From Nemertoderma westbladi (lineage: Eukaryota; Animalia; Xenacoelomorpha): 64,000 nucleotides of DNA. The position numbers and the translations under genes are program-made. Numbering within the stretch: position 1 is the stretch's first letter; every line of letters starts with the position of its first letter. The notes beneath the pieces were generated by a model. That model was not told where the DNA came from, searched no databases, and worked only from the letters and a program-made list of their open reading frames with translations. Positions 33,446-46,764 of the stretch are shown one piece after another. The stretch is from contig JAUCBJ010007937.1 of NCBI GenBank assembly GCA_032718475.1, positions 26,865-90,864 on the forward strand. The letters run 5' to 3'.

Positions 33446-36400
33446 AGATATTTGCTGCGAACAAAGGATTGCGTCTACGTGGTTTAAATCAAAATTTTCG
33501 GATTCCTCGTAAAATTTTGAGTGGGAAACTGTCGTTCTAGCACATAGGGTCTTAAGGAGAAAAATAAACATATAATAAAACACTAAAACAATAAAACACC
33601 ATTATAAACACAATTATTCAACATAAATACAAAACATTTAATTTAATTTAGTTTAAAATTGATTTATTTAATATTGTAGAAATGAAAAATAAAACACCAT
33701 TTTGGTAAAAAATATGTTAAAAATACGAAATTAATAATTAATAAAATAATAAAAAATACGAAATTCTTTTATGATCTATTATGATGCACCATTGAATGGT
33801 GTTTCCAAATCTGAAAACCGCTATTTATTAGCTCTTTTAGTTTTCAAGTTAAAACAATTTCCATTTATGGAATCCTATTGAAATTACTATTACTATGTAT
33901 AATGAAAGGTCGATTATCTCCAAATAATTTTTTTATGTAATTAACCCTACTACGTCTACAATTTTTGAGCAATTAGTCTGAAACTTTCTGTGGGTGTCTA
34001 CGTAGCCACCCTGCATAATAGTATCAGACAACTTTCGAAATTATTTGTTAATAAAATTTAATACTATTTATAACAAACCTAAATATTTAGCATAAATTTG
34101 CAGCGCCACCTAGCGGTGCAGAATTATTTCACAAAATTTCGCCTGATAGTTATGTTGCCCCATCTTTTATCTATCATATAAAAAAATTTTCATGTGATTT
34201 AGATTCAAAACTGTAAAAGCCTTAGGGTTTTAAGCGCAACAAAGTTTTTTTTTGTTGTTAACTAGTATTAACTAATATTAAATAGCGAAAAATAAAAATT
34301 TTCTAACCTGTCATGTAGAATGCATCTTAAGTACCTATATGCCAGATTATAGCCAAAACCATACAATTTTGAAACGCTGAGAGTGATAAATCGAAGAGTT
34401 GTACGAAAATGGTGTACCCCCCCTTAAATGTGTTTTTCTCAGAACGCTTTTTTTTTTGATACTATACGTTTCTACTTGACACGCCACATATTTATAAAAT
34501 TAATATTTCATAAGTTACAGGTCGGGCAGTACAGTAGATTGTTCACATATGTCGCCACCCCTAACAACCATTTAAAAGCAAAGCAGCAGAGGCAATAAAG
34601 GGAATGGCGTGGAGGTAGTAAGCCATGGATTGATTGAGAAAAACAGATGTTTTCGGTTGGCCATGAATATCTTTCAACCAATCGCTTTATTGCATGCAAC
34701 TAGGGACATATCATAAATGCTTTGCTGCTGAGGCAATCTTTGTACAGTTTGTGTTTACATATAGTACTACAGGAAGGGAATTTATTGCTTTGACCTAAAG
34801 TATATTATATTTAAAGGTTAATGTTCTGCATGTGGTTATGTAGGCTAATTTTGAGATTAATATAATTATGCATTGTATTTTCAGTACGATAAAATGCAAC
34901 AAACCTAATAAGCCTATTATTAGTAAATGTATACAAGTTGAAAAGCGAACATAAAGAGGAAATGCAACCTTTCCAAATATAAAAATGACTCATTAATATA
35001 TTTCAAAATAGAACATATAATTTATTATAAACCGGGCATTTTCTCATATGACTGGCTGGATGCCACATGTTAAGCCAACATAGGTGTACCGTGAATGTAC
35101 ATGTAGAATTGTGTTCGAAGCAGCTACCCTACCCTGACAAAATAACAATTATGTGCAATTCCTATTGTTGTGATTGCAAACGAATATGGAACACATACAA
35201 ACACATGGTGATAATTATTTATCATATAAATAAATAGCTTTTCTTTTAAAATATTATAAAATTTAACAATTTAAAAATGTTATATGCATAATTTTCATTA
35301 AATTTTCACATTCGCAAATTTCCAGAGGGATCACATCACATTGTCGCTAATATATTTTATTTGAAACTATAAACATTTCTTTATTATGCTCACTGTTTTC
35401 AACATAGCCAGGATATTTAGCACTTGATTATCCCACCTACCTTTTAAAGTATACTGAGGAATAACTTATAAATAACTAAGAGCCGAAGGTGTAACAATTC
35501 TGATAATTTACTGTCGTAGTCATTATCAGACTGTTTATCCCACAGTTGTGAGGGTGAGGCCCACTGTTGTGGTATCCCTCAATTCTAGCAGAACTCAGAA
35601 GAAAATTATCGGTTTCCGACACGAAATAAAATAGCGCGCAAATATTTAAATTCGAGGCATGGATAACATTCCAATCCTGCAATCCGAGAATCGTGGACTG
35701 GAAATTCGCGAAACCGACTCAAGACTAAAACGCTTCGTGTGAATACAATACGAACGGTTCTCTACACTTTTAGTCCGATCTCGTACCCTAATAATACACC
35801 TTTTTCCACATTTTATGCCTTATAGCTACGCTAACTGCTACACAACCTGAGAATTTTCGTTTGAGCACAATCAGGAGAAACTTCTAACTGAGATTAGTGT
35901 TTGACGTAAGTCATCCCAAGTGATTACTAGCTACGATACGTACCTAGGTACGTGCGCCACCATGGCTGTTTCGACAATCATGAATATAAATTGCAGGAGA
36001 GATTGAGTTTTAAATGTAGCAGTAGTAATTGGTTCGTTTTGTAAGATGGGGCAGGCATGGCATGCTGGAGGGTGAGAATGTCGACGATTGGTGATACCGT
36101 TCCTCATATTTCCGAGGCTGCTAACTGCTGAGACTGGCCTTCTTATTAACCAGTCGTGTCACTTCTTTCAATAAATTAAGTTTTCTAGGATCTGCTAATG
36201 ATAGGTTACATCCTGGCATCTCCAGGCATCGTGCACTACTCTCGCATCCTATGTACGTATACTAGGTTGGCTGCTGCTACATATAGCTGAAATTTACATT
36301 ATTTTCTGTGACCAATCAATCATACATAATTTATTAGCTTTGTACAACTATTTTGCTTCGAAACCCTTATTAAAAACAATATTTTATCTTGACATATAGT

Positions 36401-36872
36401 TAGTTTCTTCCACTGTAAATCCCCACCTATAAAATAACAGTGAATTAATGTAATACTTTATTTTATTATTAATATTACATTCAATCACTAGTTAGTAGTT
36501 ACTATGGGAACTAACCCACTAGTTGCTGTGGGAACTAACCAGAAACATAACTTCTCCCACTAGTTTTAATTATAGAAAGTATTTATACCAGTGTTGTTTA
36601 AGGAATATCAAGATAATTTAGATTGTTGCAGTTCTAGATTCAGTGCGCTTCAATTTAAAGTTACTATCAATATTCATACAACTTATACTAAATATATACT
36701 GTTGCACAATGTGCACACTAAGTCTATAAAATACTATTACTCATATACAATAACTACCAAAATTAATAACCCATAGACACGATTGCTGGGAAATATTTTC
36801 TGAAAACTTAACTAAATTTGGTGTAATTTACACGTTACTAATAAGTTAATTAAAATCCACCCCCCCCCCCCC

Positions 36873-37580
36873 TTTGGTATGATGATAGTTCGACAATTTT
36901 TCTAACTGCTGGCAGAGCCGGTTTTTTTTCATATTTATGACCTATTTCGATTCAACAAACCGTTAAAGATCGTATATTTGGCAATATTGTGTCACCTCAG
37001 TCGGCTTTATTTTTCGTCTTTGGAATGTAATCTAGATATTATGAGAACCACCATCATCTGCAGATTCCGAATCTGATAACCGTTTTCAATTTCATCAACA
37101 ATTTCCCGAGATATTATCAAAATACTAAGGTGTAAATTTTGAGTCATAAATCTTTCGTTATAATTCTAATGTTTTTTTTTACTCAATTCTAGAATATTAA
37201 TTACGTAATGAAGAAACAAGATGGAGAGTTTTATGAGCTCAACTAAAAAATAATTAATATTCTCGAATAAAGACAAAAAAAACATTAGAATTATAGCGAT
37301 TTAGGGTTAAATATTTACACATTAGTATTTTGATAGATCTCTGGTAATGTTTGGTGAAATTGAAGGAATTCCGTTTCAGATTATGATTTGAAATCTGCAG
37401 ATGAAGCCGCTTCTCATGATATCAAGATTACATTGCCAAGTACGAAAAATAAAGCCAACAGAGATGGTTAAATTTTGTCAAAAAGGCGTTTTTTTACGGC
37501 TTGTATCGAAATAATTCACAAATAAAAAAATCCGGCTCTGCCAGCAGTAAGAAAAATTATCTAACTATCATCATACCAAA
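36873..37580. mobile_element. Foldback/MITE-like element: ~700-bp imperfect palindrome
   Basis: TTTGGTATGATGATAGTT..CTGCTGGCAGAGCCGG pairs with CCGGCTCTGCCAGCAG..AACTATCATCATACCAAA; complementarity continues inward (TCTGCAGAT, ATTCTAATGTTTTTTTT / AAAAAAAACATTAGAAT). Confidence 0.8.
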
Positions 37581-39164
37581 TTTCGTAGCATATGATTGAA
37601 ATTTGAAAAAAAATTAGGGGGGGGGGGGGGGGGGGGGGTTCGACCCCATAAAAATGGTTGTTGTATTAGGGAGATGGTGTAATATAGATAGATCCAATTA
37701 ATATCATACTCGATATTTCAATTGTAAAATTAATTAATTACAATTAATTTGTTTACTAGTTTATTATTGGTTTGTTACTTTGTTTTGTTTAAATCATAGT
37801 GATTGATATTGTGATACACCCCGGAATATAAGCATTCCTACATATAAGCCTGTGATATGGAAATTTATTTAGAGTCTTTACTTTCTGAGATATTTAAAGA
37901 AGCATACATTGCGGTGACGACCAGTTTACCTGCGCATGTGGGTCGAGGCCAGACTGACAGGGTTAATGGCATCAACGGCGGGGTACAAGCTATTACAATC
38001 CAGCCACCCACCCCGACTAACTTACATCGGAACACCTTCGCCGAAGAAACAACAAAGTCTATATTGCGTTCAGCCGTTTCAGAAACTACTCAGGTATCAC
38101 CAAGACACGGACAATAGTTCAGTATTTTTCCATGACACAATGCGTTTCTTTGTCGTCCCTTTTGCCCAAAGCGAACTATTATGTCGTCCAATATTTATAA
38201 GACGTTACAATGCAAATTAAACTTTTGTGACATTTATTGGCAAATTGGTCATATAAAGGGGGGGGGGGGGGGGGGGGGGGGGGGGTTGTTACTGACACCA
38301 ATTTCTGCGAATGAATGTACCCAGGATTAATGTTACAGTTCCATTTATGCTCTTAATCATCTGCTTTCTGCGTCGATTTTCCCCTGGGAGTGGTTCAACA
38401 ACTTTGATTGCGTCAGGAGCCCCCCTCCCCCCTCTACCATTGCATGGTTTAAAGTCTGACTCATACAGCGATGTTCTCAATTCAAATATTTTCAACGAGA
38501 GTATTGAGTACACAACAAAAGGGTTGACGAAAGAATGTTTCATATTTACTATTAGAACTAGAAATAATATTGGGGATTATCTTAATCTTACATATTGATT
38601 TAAACTCATGAAATCCGCATGAATTGTAATAATTGCATCGCATTACGCATTATAAATAATATTTAGCTGTTAGAGTTTGTAGCGTTGTTACATTTATTTA
38701 AGCTTTTTCATTTTAAAATTATTGCCTTTTTGCAATTTCTTCACTAACTAACGCACTAACTTTAGAAATATATTTTGTTTCATTTATTTTCAGATTATGA
38801 TCAAAAGTTATTTTATTGTACTCTAAAAATGCAGGATGCCAATTTTTTGAAATGTGATAAATAAAATTCAAATATCCTAAAAGTAAATAATAATCAACAT
38901 CCTAAAATGTTGACCAATTCATTTTTTCAACACTATCTCCTAATATATATCGTGTTTGGTTGAATGGTGTTTTAATAAAATTTATAATAATTTAGGAGTA
39001 ATAAATTCTTATATTATTATTATTATATAAGTAAATTACATATTTTTTCAATCCACCTTCTGTTATTAATAAACCCATCAACCGAAAATTAATCCATTTG
39101 GTAAATGCGTTGCTATGTCATCATTGACTGTGCCCAAGTAGGGCTACACCCCTCCCCACCACTC

Positions 39165-39492
39165 TTAATTAATGGATTGGGGGACATTAGTTCCCACGAG
39201 ACGTTAGTGCCCGTGGGTACTACTGTCTCAGGACTTTAATTAATGGATTGGGGGACATTAGTTCCCACGAGACGTTAGTGCCCGTGGGTACTACTGTCTC
39301 AGGACTTGAGTGCCCGCGAGTCATTAGTGCCCGAGAACCTTGTCTGCAAGTGAGACGTTAGTGCCCGCGAGTCATTAGTGTCCGAGGACCTTGTCCATAT
39401 ATTTTTTTGGCAGATAGACAAACCGACCAATAGACAGAGAAACTAAAAAACAGACAAACCGACCAATAGACAGAGAAACTAAAAAACAGACA
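39165..39492. repeat. Local tandem duplications (~70-bp x2, TTAGTGCCCG short units, ~40-bp x2)
   Basis: Directly visible duplications. Confidence 0.75.
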
Positions 39493-41534
39493 ACTTAAGC
39501 TTATGATATGATGTTAGAATTTCGATTTCTGAAATCTAAGATTAAATCTAAATGTGTCAGTGTAAATAGAAGCCCGACCTAAAGGGTAAGTAGACGATTC
39601 TGAGAAAGTCAAATTTTAACATTAAGCAAATTTTTTTTATGAAAGTCAACATTTAGATATCATTTTATCGACTCAAAATCAAATTTCGCGTACTATCTGG
39701 CCCGGGCTTTTTTTACAACATAATTGGCCCGAGGCTGTGGGTCATTTTAGATTTTTTCATATCTTTTTTTACTTTACTTTTTAATCTGGTATCAAAAATT
39801 ACAATTTTGATGGTATAAGGGTCTTCGAGGTCGCTGATCACGATGAAACTAGTTATAATTATTTCTGGTAAATGCAAACCCAATTTTGGTGCCATTCTGG
39901 CGCCCCATAACGAAAATTACAAGTAGCACAAAATTATGAACTGTTAAATTTTGCCTTTGGTTTGGTAATTCTGAAACACTACTGGTTTTTAAGGTCGCTG
40001 AACACGATACAACTCGGTAAAAATCATTCGTGGTAACGCAACTATCATTTTTGGTGCTTGTTTGGTGGGACGAAAAATACAAGTTTAGCAAAAAATTTCA
40101 AACGGCAAAAATCAAATTGGTTAGATAATACGATATTTTTGAGTGTCATATTCGTGATCAGCGTCCCAGAAAATATCAGGTTGATTTGGTCGCGATTTTT
40201 GATTATCAAATTTGATAACCAAAACACTAAACCAAAATACTCAGAAAACAGTAGGATAAGATTTTGTCAAACGTAAAAAGTGACATCAGAAATGAAATCA
40301 CCGACCAAGAAAACCCCCGTAGCCAAAATTTCAGGTTGATGGTATGCTCTTTTAGTTTTTGACAGACGAACTGACAAACAGACAATAGCAGCTCTAATTT
40401 GTTCTAATTCAATATTATTTGTGACGCTGTTTTTGACATTTATAGAGGAGATATTTATAATTCGTATCATCAAAATTATTCTTAAATTCAATTATACTCT
40501 TTGATTAATAACTTTTGAACGGATGATCGAAACGAAATGGCTGTTGTTGCATCTGAACCACAATTAAATTGCGCTTATCCTGGTATATATAACTCTAAAA
40601 GTGACACGTGACAAAGTGACAAAGTTGGGTTTCTATTATATACACTGTACTTTAGAATTGAAAATTTTTTATTTTTTGAAAAGTTCTGGGGTACCATATC
40701 CCCTTAATGAATTATAAATTATTGATTCTGAAACAGTTACGAAACAGTTACGGCCATTTATTAAATATAATAAATGGCCTGCAAGTGAAGCAAATACATC
40801 GAACGCCCATATCTCAGTTATTTCCCAACCAAATTCAAATATTTTTACACATTTTGAATCCTAGCGTGGCTAGCTTTCCATTGTTACCAACAACAGCTAT
40901 AAGGTAGAATAATAAAACTGTGATGTAACTGGTGCAATATCACCGGAGACACTTTCTAAACGCTTGTAGCTAAAGATTGAAAGCAAAAATAAAAATTCTG
41001 GCTCACCCACTAAGTGGTTGGGAGGTTAAACTCTCTCTATTTCAAATTTTATGCAATCTCATTAAGATATTATTAGAATATTATTAGACTATCAAACGAA
41101 TATAACAACACTACTGTAAAGTGAACCCTCAACCTCTGTTCTTTTCACCATCGACACCCTCGCCTCGACGGGGACTTCCCGACGGTAGGACTCCTGATCA
41201 ATTATCCCTGGTGGGACCAGAGACGACACCAAGGTCGAGTTTCTACGTGTAATTTGGCTACGAAGAGCCGTGTTCATAGGCTCACACCGACACCAATGTA
41301 CTGGTACTTGTACTGAACCGTAATGCAATGAATTTTGAAAGAAAATAATATTTATTAAACATCAAATATTTAAATCAAGTTTTTCTTGAATGTTGTCTAT
41401 CCCCATCCTGTTGGATTTCTCAGTGTCTCGCTTTTTAATTCCATATGTCATTATTATATTCGCTATGTTGGCTTCCCAAGGTTTCTTTCCTCAGCAGTGC
41501 TACTCCTAATTTTGGGGTGTCTCCCATCATTATA

Positions 41535-41722
41535 AGATTTCTTTCATCTCATTAATAATAGCCACTATCTTGGCTTCCTTTTTTAATGTATCCTGTTTCT
41601 TTCATCTCACTAATAATAGCCACTATAAAGGCTTCCTTCCCCTTTTTAGTGTATCCTGTTAATTACATCTAACTAATAAAATAATAGCAACTATAAGAGC
41701 TTCCTTTGTTCAATGTATCCTA
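41535..41722. repeat. Degenerate ~60-bp tandem repeat, ~3 copies
   Basis: TTTCTTTCATCTCA.TAATAATAGCCACTAT..GGCTTCCTT..TGTATCCT recurs. Confidence 0.7.
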
Positions 41723-42386
41723 ATTCCCTTTTAATATTCTATTTCTTAATAGTAATGTCACTAAAATAGGTTCCACTTCAATCATGTTTTATAAATTTAT
41801 ATACTTTCAACGTGAAATAATACTAACTTTACGTCATTGTTCATAAAATAGCACTTACGTAATATAGTACATACGTAACATAGTGTTACGGCACGAGTGA
41901 TGTTGTTTCAACTGCAACAGCGATGGAACAAAACGAGGGCCATAAAAGGATTAAAGTGCTAATATCAATTAATTATATTTATTTGTAGATAATAATTATT
42001 GGTAATTAATTATGCATATTAAATTTTTATTGAACAACCTTGTTACAGAAAGCATGACATGTTAATTACAAATACTTTCATCTTTTGTACCAAATTAGTG
42101 TAGTTGATAACACATCGGGTATTGAATGAAAGGGACATTGGTTCGTGTGGTAATAAGTAATGATATATTCACATCATCATCTGGCTGACTATGTGTATTA
42201 ACATAACTGCGACAACAGTACCGCACTATTTGACAGTATGAGGACTGACAGACATACAATGCATTTACTATTCAATCTGTAGGCTATAAGGCTGAAGCAC
42301 CAAAATCAAGTACATATGGGCGAGCCATGTAAAACGTAGTGATATATGGGATCGGGAGTCCAGTTGTCCCCCCCCCCCCCCCCCCC

Positions 42387-43045
42387 TGTGAGCGTATTCA
42401 ATTCCGCCACATCAAGCCCCATAAAGTGAGGTTTAAGCAATATTGGGGAACACGAGGTCGACTATCAATCAACCTCGTGTCACCCCAACAAAGTGGGAAA
42501 GAGCGCCTTAAGCAATATTGGAACTACAAGGTTGATTACCAATCAACCTTGTATCACCCCAATAAGCGGGGACAATAGGCCCCAGAGGACATACACACAA
42601 TAGGGGTCAGGGGTTACACCCCTGAGAGAGAGGAAAGTAACAGCAGCGGGGGGGGGGGGGGGGGGGGGGGGAAACACCCCCGCAGGGCAGAGGGTGTGAA
42701 GTGAGCTATTAGCCAATGGGGGGAAGGCATCGGCTGAGTAGTGTAATGCGGCCAACCGGTGCAATATATTACCATGTCGGTGTATCATTCACTCACTCTT
42801 TAGTCAGTTAGTTAGGGTGGTACCGAGACTCTTATCACCGTCTCCGTCCACTGCCATCCTAGTACGTTACCGGTACTCATCTACTCTTTAGTCATCTCTT
42901 TAGTAAACTGTGCTTATATATTATATATTCAATGGACCAACACTCAAACCAGAGTTAATAACACCAGGACTCTTTTCATGCACACGGCGGGGACGCGTAG
43001 CCAAGAGATCAGCTGAGAAGCTGAGAAGCTGGGTGCTGAGAAGCA
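42387..43045 (+). mobile_element. Solo LTR of a family related to the 11817-25192 Bel/Pao element
   Basis: Starts TGTGAGCGTATTCAATTCCGCC vs TGTTAGCTTATTCAATCCCGCT; shares CCCCATAAAG, TAAGCAATATTGGG, ACACAATAG.GGGTCAGGGG and ACACGGCGGGGACGCGT in the same order; ends CA; no matching TSD. Confidence 0.8.
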
Positions 43046-43266
43046 CCAGCTGGTCCTTATGGTGTAAACAATGTCCTGCAAAGCGGAGGCGGTTTCGATC
43101 AATTATCAAGCTAGGGGAGACTAATGGAACACCTACAATGTTGTATAGAGTTTGATTGGAGATGTGGTCATTGTACTTGATACAATGAACCCGACGCAGC
43201 ATTCTTGTGAAAGTGACATCCAGACATTTGGTATCCTCTGCCATTAGATTCCAGCATGGACTCCCA
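43046..43266 (-). mobile_element. RTE LINE 3' fragment
   Basis: TFTRMLRRVH, RLRFAGHC. Confidence 0.85.
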
Positions 43267-43267
43267 G

Positions 43268-43471
43268 TAGTAGTGGGGTCTTGGGCGGCTTTGTGACACT
43301 TGGACTCAACTCATGACTCATCGCTTAGGAATGTGACACCTAGGGTGTGATTAGCGCCAGACTGTCTGGGTGACAACCTCCTAATTAGGCTAATTAGACC
43401 TTAATTGACAGGTGTCATCAATTAATTAGTACATTCAATCCCTAATAGGTGTCTTATGACTCCTACTACTA
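43268..43471. mobile_element. Small MITE-like insertion
   Basis: Imperfect TIRs TAGTAGTGGGGTC / GACTCCTACTACTA. Confidence 0.5.
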
Positions 43472-43474
43472 GGA

Positions 43475-44726
43475 TCGGCATGCTGCATTGCAGCTGCATT
43501 TTTAAGAATGCTGTGCCGGCTTATCGACAAAATTGCACCGCCACAACTCCCTATCACCCATGACATTTGCTAGATCATCCGCATCTTCAAGGCCAGTGTC
43601 CCTTAAGATGCGTCTCAAGAAAGTCATGGGCTGTCCACCATGCTTATTCACTCCATGAGGCTGCCAAAGTACAGGATTATGCACTGGCTGGTCCTATGAT
43701 GGTCCTGGAACCAATGAGACACCTCCAATGTTATATAGTGTCTGGTTGAAGATGTGTGCATTGTACTTGTTACAATGAACCCGGCATAGCATTCTTGTGA
43801 ATGTGCCATCCAGAGATTTGGTGTCCTCAGCAGTTAGAGCCCAGCATGGACTCCCATAGAGGAGTACTGGAACTACTGCTGCTCTAAATAATCGGACCTT
43901 ATGTTTCCGTTTAATTCTCGTTGACTTCCTAATCCTGGAAAGCCTATTCAAGGCTGCCCTTTCCTTTCCCTTTCGTATTCGTATGTCCTCACCTGTCTTC
44001 CGGATCCATGATCCCAGGTTACATATGTCATCCACATGATCAAACATTCCATCTTTTGAGCTTATGCTCTTCCGATCAGTGACTTGCTGAGGACTTTCAA
44101 AGTTAACTGTCAAAATATTGGTCTTTCTGGAGTTAATAAAAAGACCAACACTAGAAGCAGCAAGTTCTAATGGCTGAGGAGCCGTTGGGCTCCCTCTATA
44201 GTGATTCTGAGAGTACTCCTAAGTCATCAGCAAAGTCTAGATCAGTTAGGTACTTGGCAGGATTTCCTCGACTTCTGGAGCCAGTAGGTGGAGATATCAT
44301 GACCCCATCATCATTAAGGACATGCGTAGAACATAGTCAACTACAATTATGAACAAGAATGGTGCAAGTGTGTCTCCCTGGAGGACGCCCCATAACACTT
44401 CAAATGGTTCTGTGTCACCGTCAACAGTAGACACAAATCTTGTCGAACCATTGTATACTGATCTGATTGCTGCAATAATTTCATCAGGAATACCATATAA
44501 TGAAAGTATGCTGAACATATGTGAGCGAGAGACTGAATCAAAGGCCTTGAAGAAGTCAACAAAGATAACAGCCAGATGCCTGTCTTTCTTTTTTGATAAC
44601 TCTTCAATTATCCTTCTAAGTGCCAGAATGGACTCCATGGTCCCACGACCTTTACGGAACCCATTCTGATTTCCACAGAGCAGTCTCTCAATGGGATCCC
44701 TGATGCGATTTAATAGAATTCTATTG
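43475..44726 (-). mobile_element. Degraded RTE LINE fragment (RT to 3' UTR)
   Basis: FVDFFKAFDSV, GVLQGDTLAP, DLDFADD and LLYGSPCW with frameshifts; related to copies 1 and 2. Confidence 0.9.
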
Positions 44727-45434
44727 TATGTATAGCTTTGCAGACCGTTACCATACTAATAATAATACATAATAGTTCTCTTTCCCTAAACATGTTCTGC
44801 CCTAATGTTTCGTCTATCCTCACATATATGATTGGCCTACACTGTGGTGAAATGCGGGCAGATGTTAGCCCTGACTTATGATAACTCATTCGATTTGTAT
44901 TACATAATATAGCATTTTATTGTAGTTATTTCTGAAGATCAACCCGCATTTTGCCATCCATTGATGTATTTTATAGTAAAATTATGGTAGGAAGACTATC
45001 TGGTTGAATCATTGCATTGAAAAGTTTACGGCATATAAGTAATTATTAGTATATATTATAATAATAGTATAATATAGTATCTCTAAGTATATATTAGTAT
45101 CATCTTAATCAGCATAATCAAGTATATAATTTATAAAATTAGTTAAGTTCTATTAATTATTATCTTCCACTTGGTTTGAGTCGGAGCTGATAGAATTTCC
45201 GTGATATTTATTTTATAATAAATAAGTGTTTGATGACAGGTGTTTAAATCCGCGTAAAGTAATAAATAATATATTAGAATTAAATTAAATAAGAATAAAA
45301 TTAAAACTAATAAATTTCGCATATCATGTGGGGTTTCCCTAGACAAGGCAATTCCGATTTTTTAGTGCTTCCCAGCATTGAATGAGCTGTCCAGGATTTC
45401 GATAGGATACTTTGGTTTGATTATTTAGAGTTGT

Positions 45435-45850
45435 AGTAGAACCAGTACTCCACCCCTCAGTCCAGAACAAGTTCTTGCTGGGCTCTAACTGCTGAGGACA
45501 CCGAATCTCTGGTTAGCACATGCCACATACCCAATAATGCTATTGTGGGTTTATGTGTCAAGCAAGTATATTGAACACATCTCCAATCAGAGCCTATAAA
45601 TATTTGTATGTGTCTGATTAATCTCCTTGCAGGGCATTACTGTTGCCGTGTGGACCAGCTGTGTACGATCTTGTGCTTTGGCGTCTTTATGAAGTAAATA
45701 AGCATAGTGGACATTCAATGACATTCTTGAGACGCTTCTTAAAGACACTACACAAAGACAAGATGCAATAATCTCCCAAAAGTCATGGGTGATAGGGAGT
45801 TGTGGCGATGCAATTTAATTGAATCCGGCATTGCATTCTCAATTCAGCAT
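45435..45850 (+). mobile_element. Highly decayed RTE 3' fragment
   Basis: GGGCTCTAACTGCTGAGGACAC and AGTCATGGGTGATAGGGAGTTGTGGCG match the RTE 3' ends at 43.5 kb and 53.1-53.5 kb. Confidence 0.65.
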
Positions 45851-45871
45851 TCTGAGCTGATTATAAAATAC

Positions 45872-46764
45872 GGGTCACCCTTTCGCGTGTGCGTGTGCAT
45901 TCCTAAAAAATTGCTAAAGCTGTCTATGTGAGTGTTTACCTCTGTTTGTGAGTGTATAGCTCTGTGTGTGAGTGTTTACCTCTGTGTGTGAGTGTATAGG
46001 CCCAAAAGGGTCACCCTTTCGCGTGTGCGTGTTCTTTCCTAAAAAATGGCTAAAGCTGTCTGTGTGAGTGTTTACCTCTGTGTGTGAGTGTATACCTCTG
46101 TGTGTGAGTGTATAGCTCTGTGTGTGAGTGTATACCTCTGTGTGTGAGTGTATACCTCTGTGTGTGAGTGTATACCTCTGTGTGTGAGTGTATAGGCCCA
46201 TAAGGGTCACCCTTCACATGCGTGCAAACAAATGAAATTTGATTATTGGAGGGTAATTTAAGTAGGCCTATCTTGTTTTTACCTACTACCAGGGCCTTCG
46301 TATTGCTGTACTGATAGTGAATTAACTGTACCGGTACCTACTGCAGTACTGATACCTACTGACAGACTGACCTATTGGATTCCATACAGGACTCAGGTAC
46401 TGCAGTATTAGTCTGTATTAGTGTAATAGTATTAGTGTAATACAGTAATATCCAATAAGTCAGTACTGCAGTAGGTACCGGTACAGTTAATTCAGTAGTA
46501 GGTAAAAACAAGATATTACCCTCCAATAATCAAATGTCATTTGTGTGCACGCACGTAAAGGGTGACACTTATGGGCCTATACACTCACACACAGAGGTAT
46601 ACACTCACACACAGTGGTATACACTCACACACAGAGGTATACACTCACACACAGAGGTAAACACTCACACACAGAGCTATACACTCACACACAGAGGTAA
46701 ACACTCACATAGACAGCTTTAGCAATTTTTTAGGAATGCACATGCACACGCGAAAGGGTGACCC
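45872..46764. mobile_element. Foldback-type element: ~890-bp palindrome with 20-bp subrepeats in the arms
   Basis: GGGTCACCCTTTCGCGTGTGC.. pairs with ..GCACACGCGAAAGGGTGACCC; arms carry (TGTGTGAGTGTATACCTCTG)n and its complement; inner inverted repeats reach ~46350/46460. Confidence 0.85.

Noticed and set aside
33551-34427. DNA transposon bounded by TTAAGG..CCTTAA
   Set aside because: The terminal match is too short to support a call.
35496-35575. Hairpins as a possible miRNA precursor
   Set aside because: Stems are too short and there is no other support.
37857-38598. Short ORFs as host exons (also 11473-11762)
   Set aside because: No recognisable domain or convincing splice structure.
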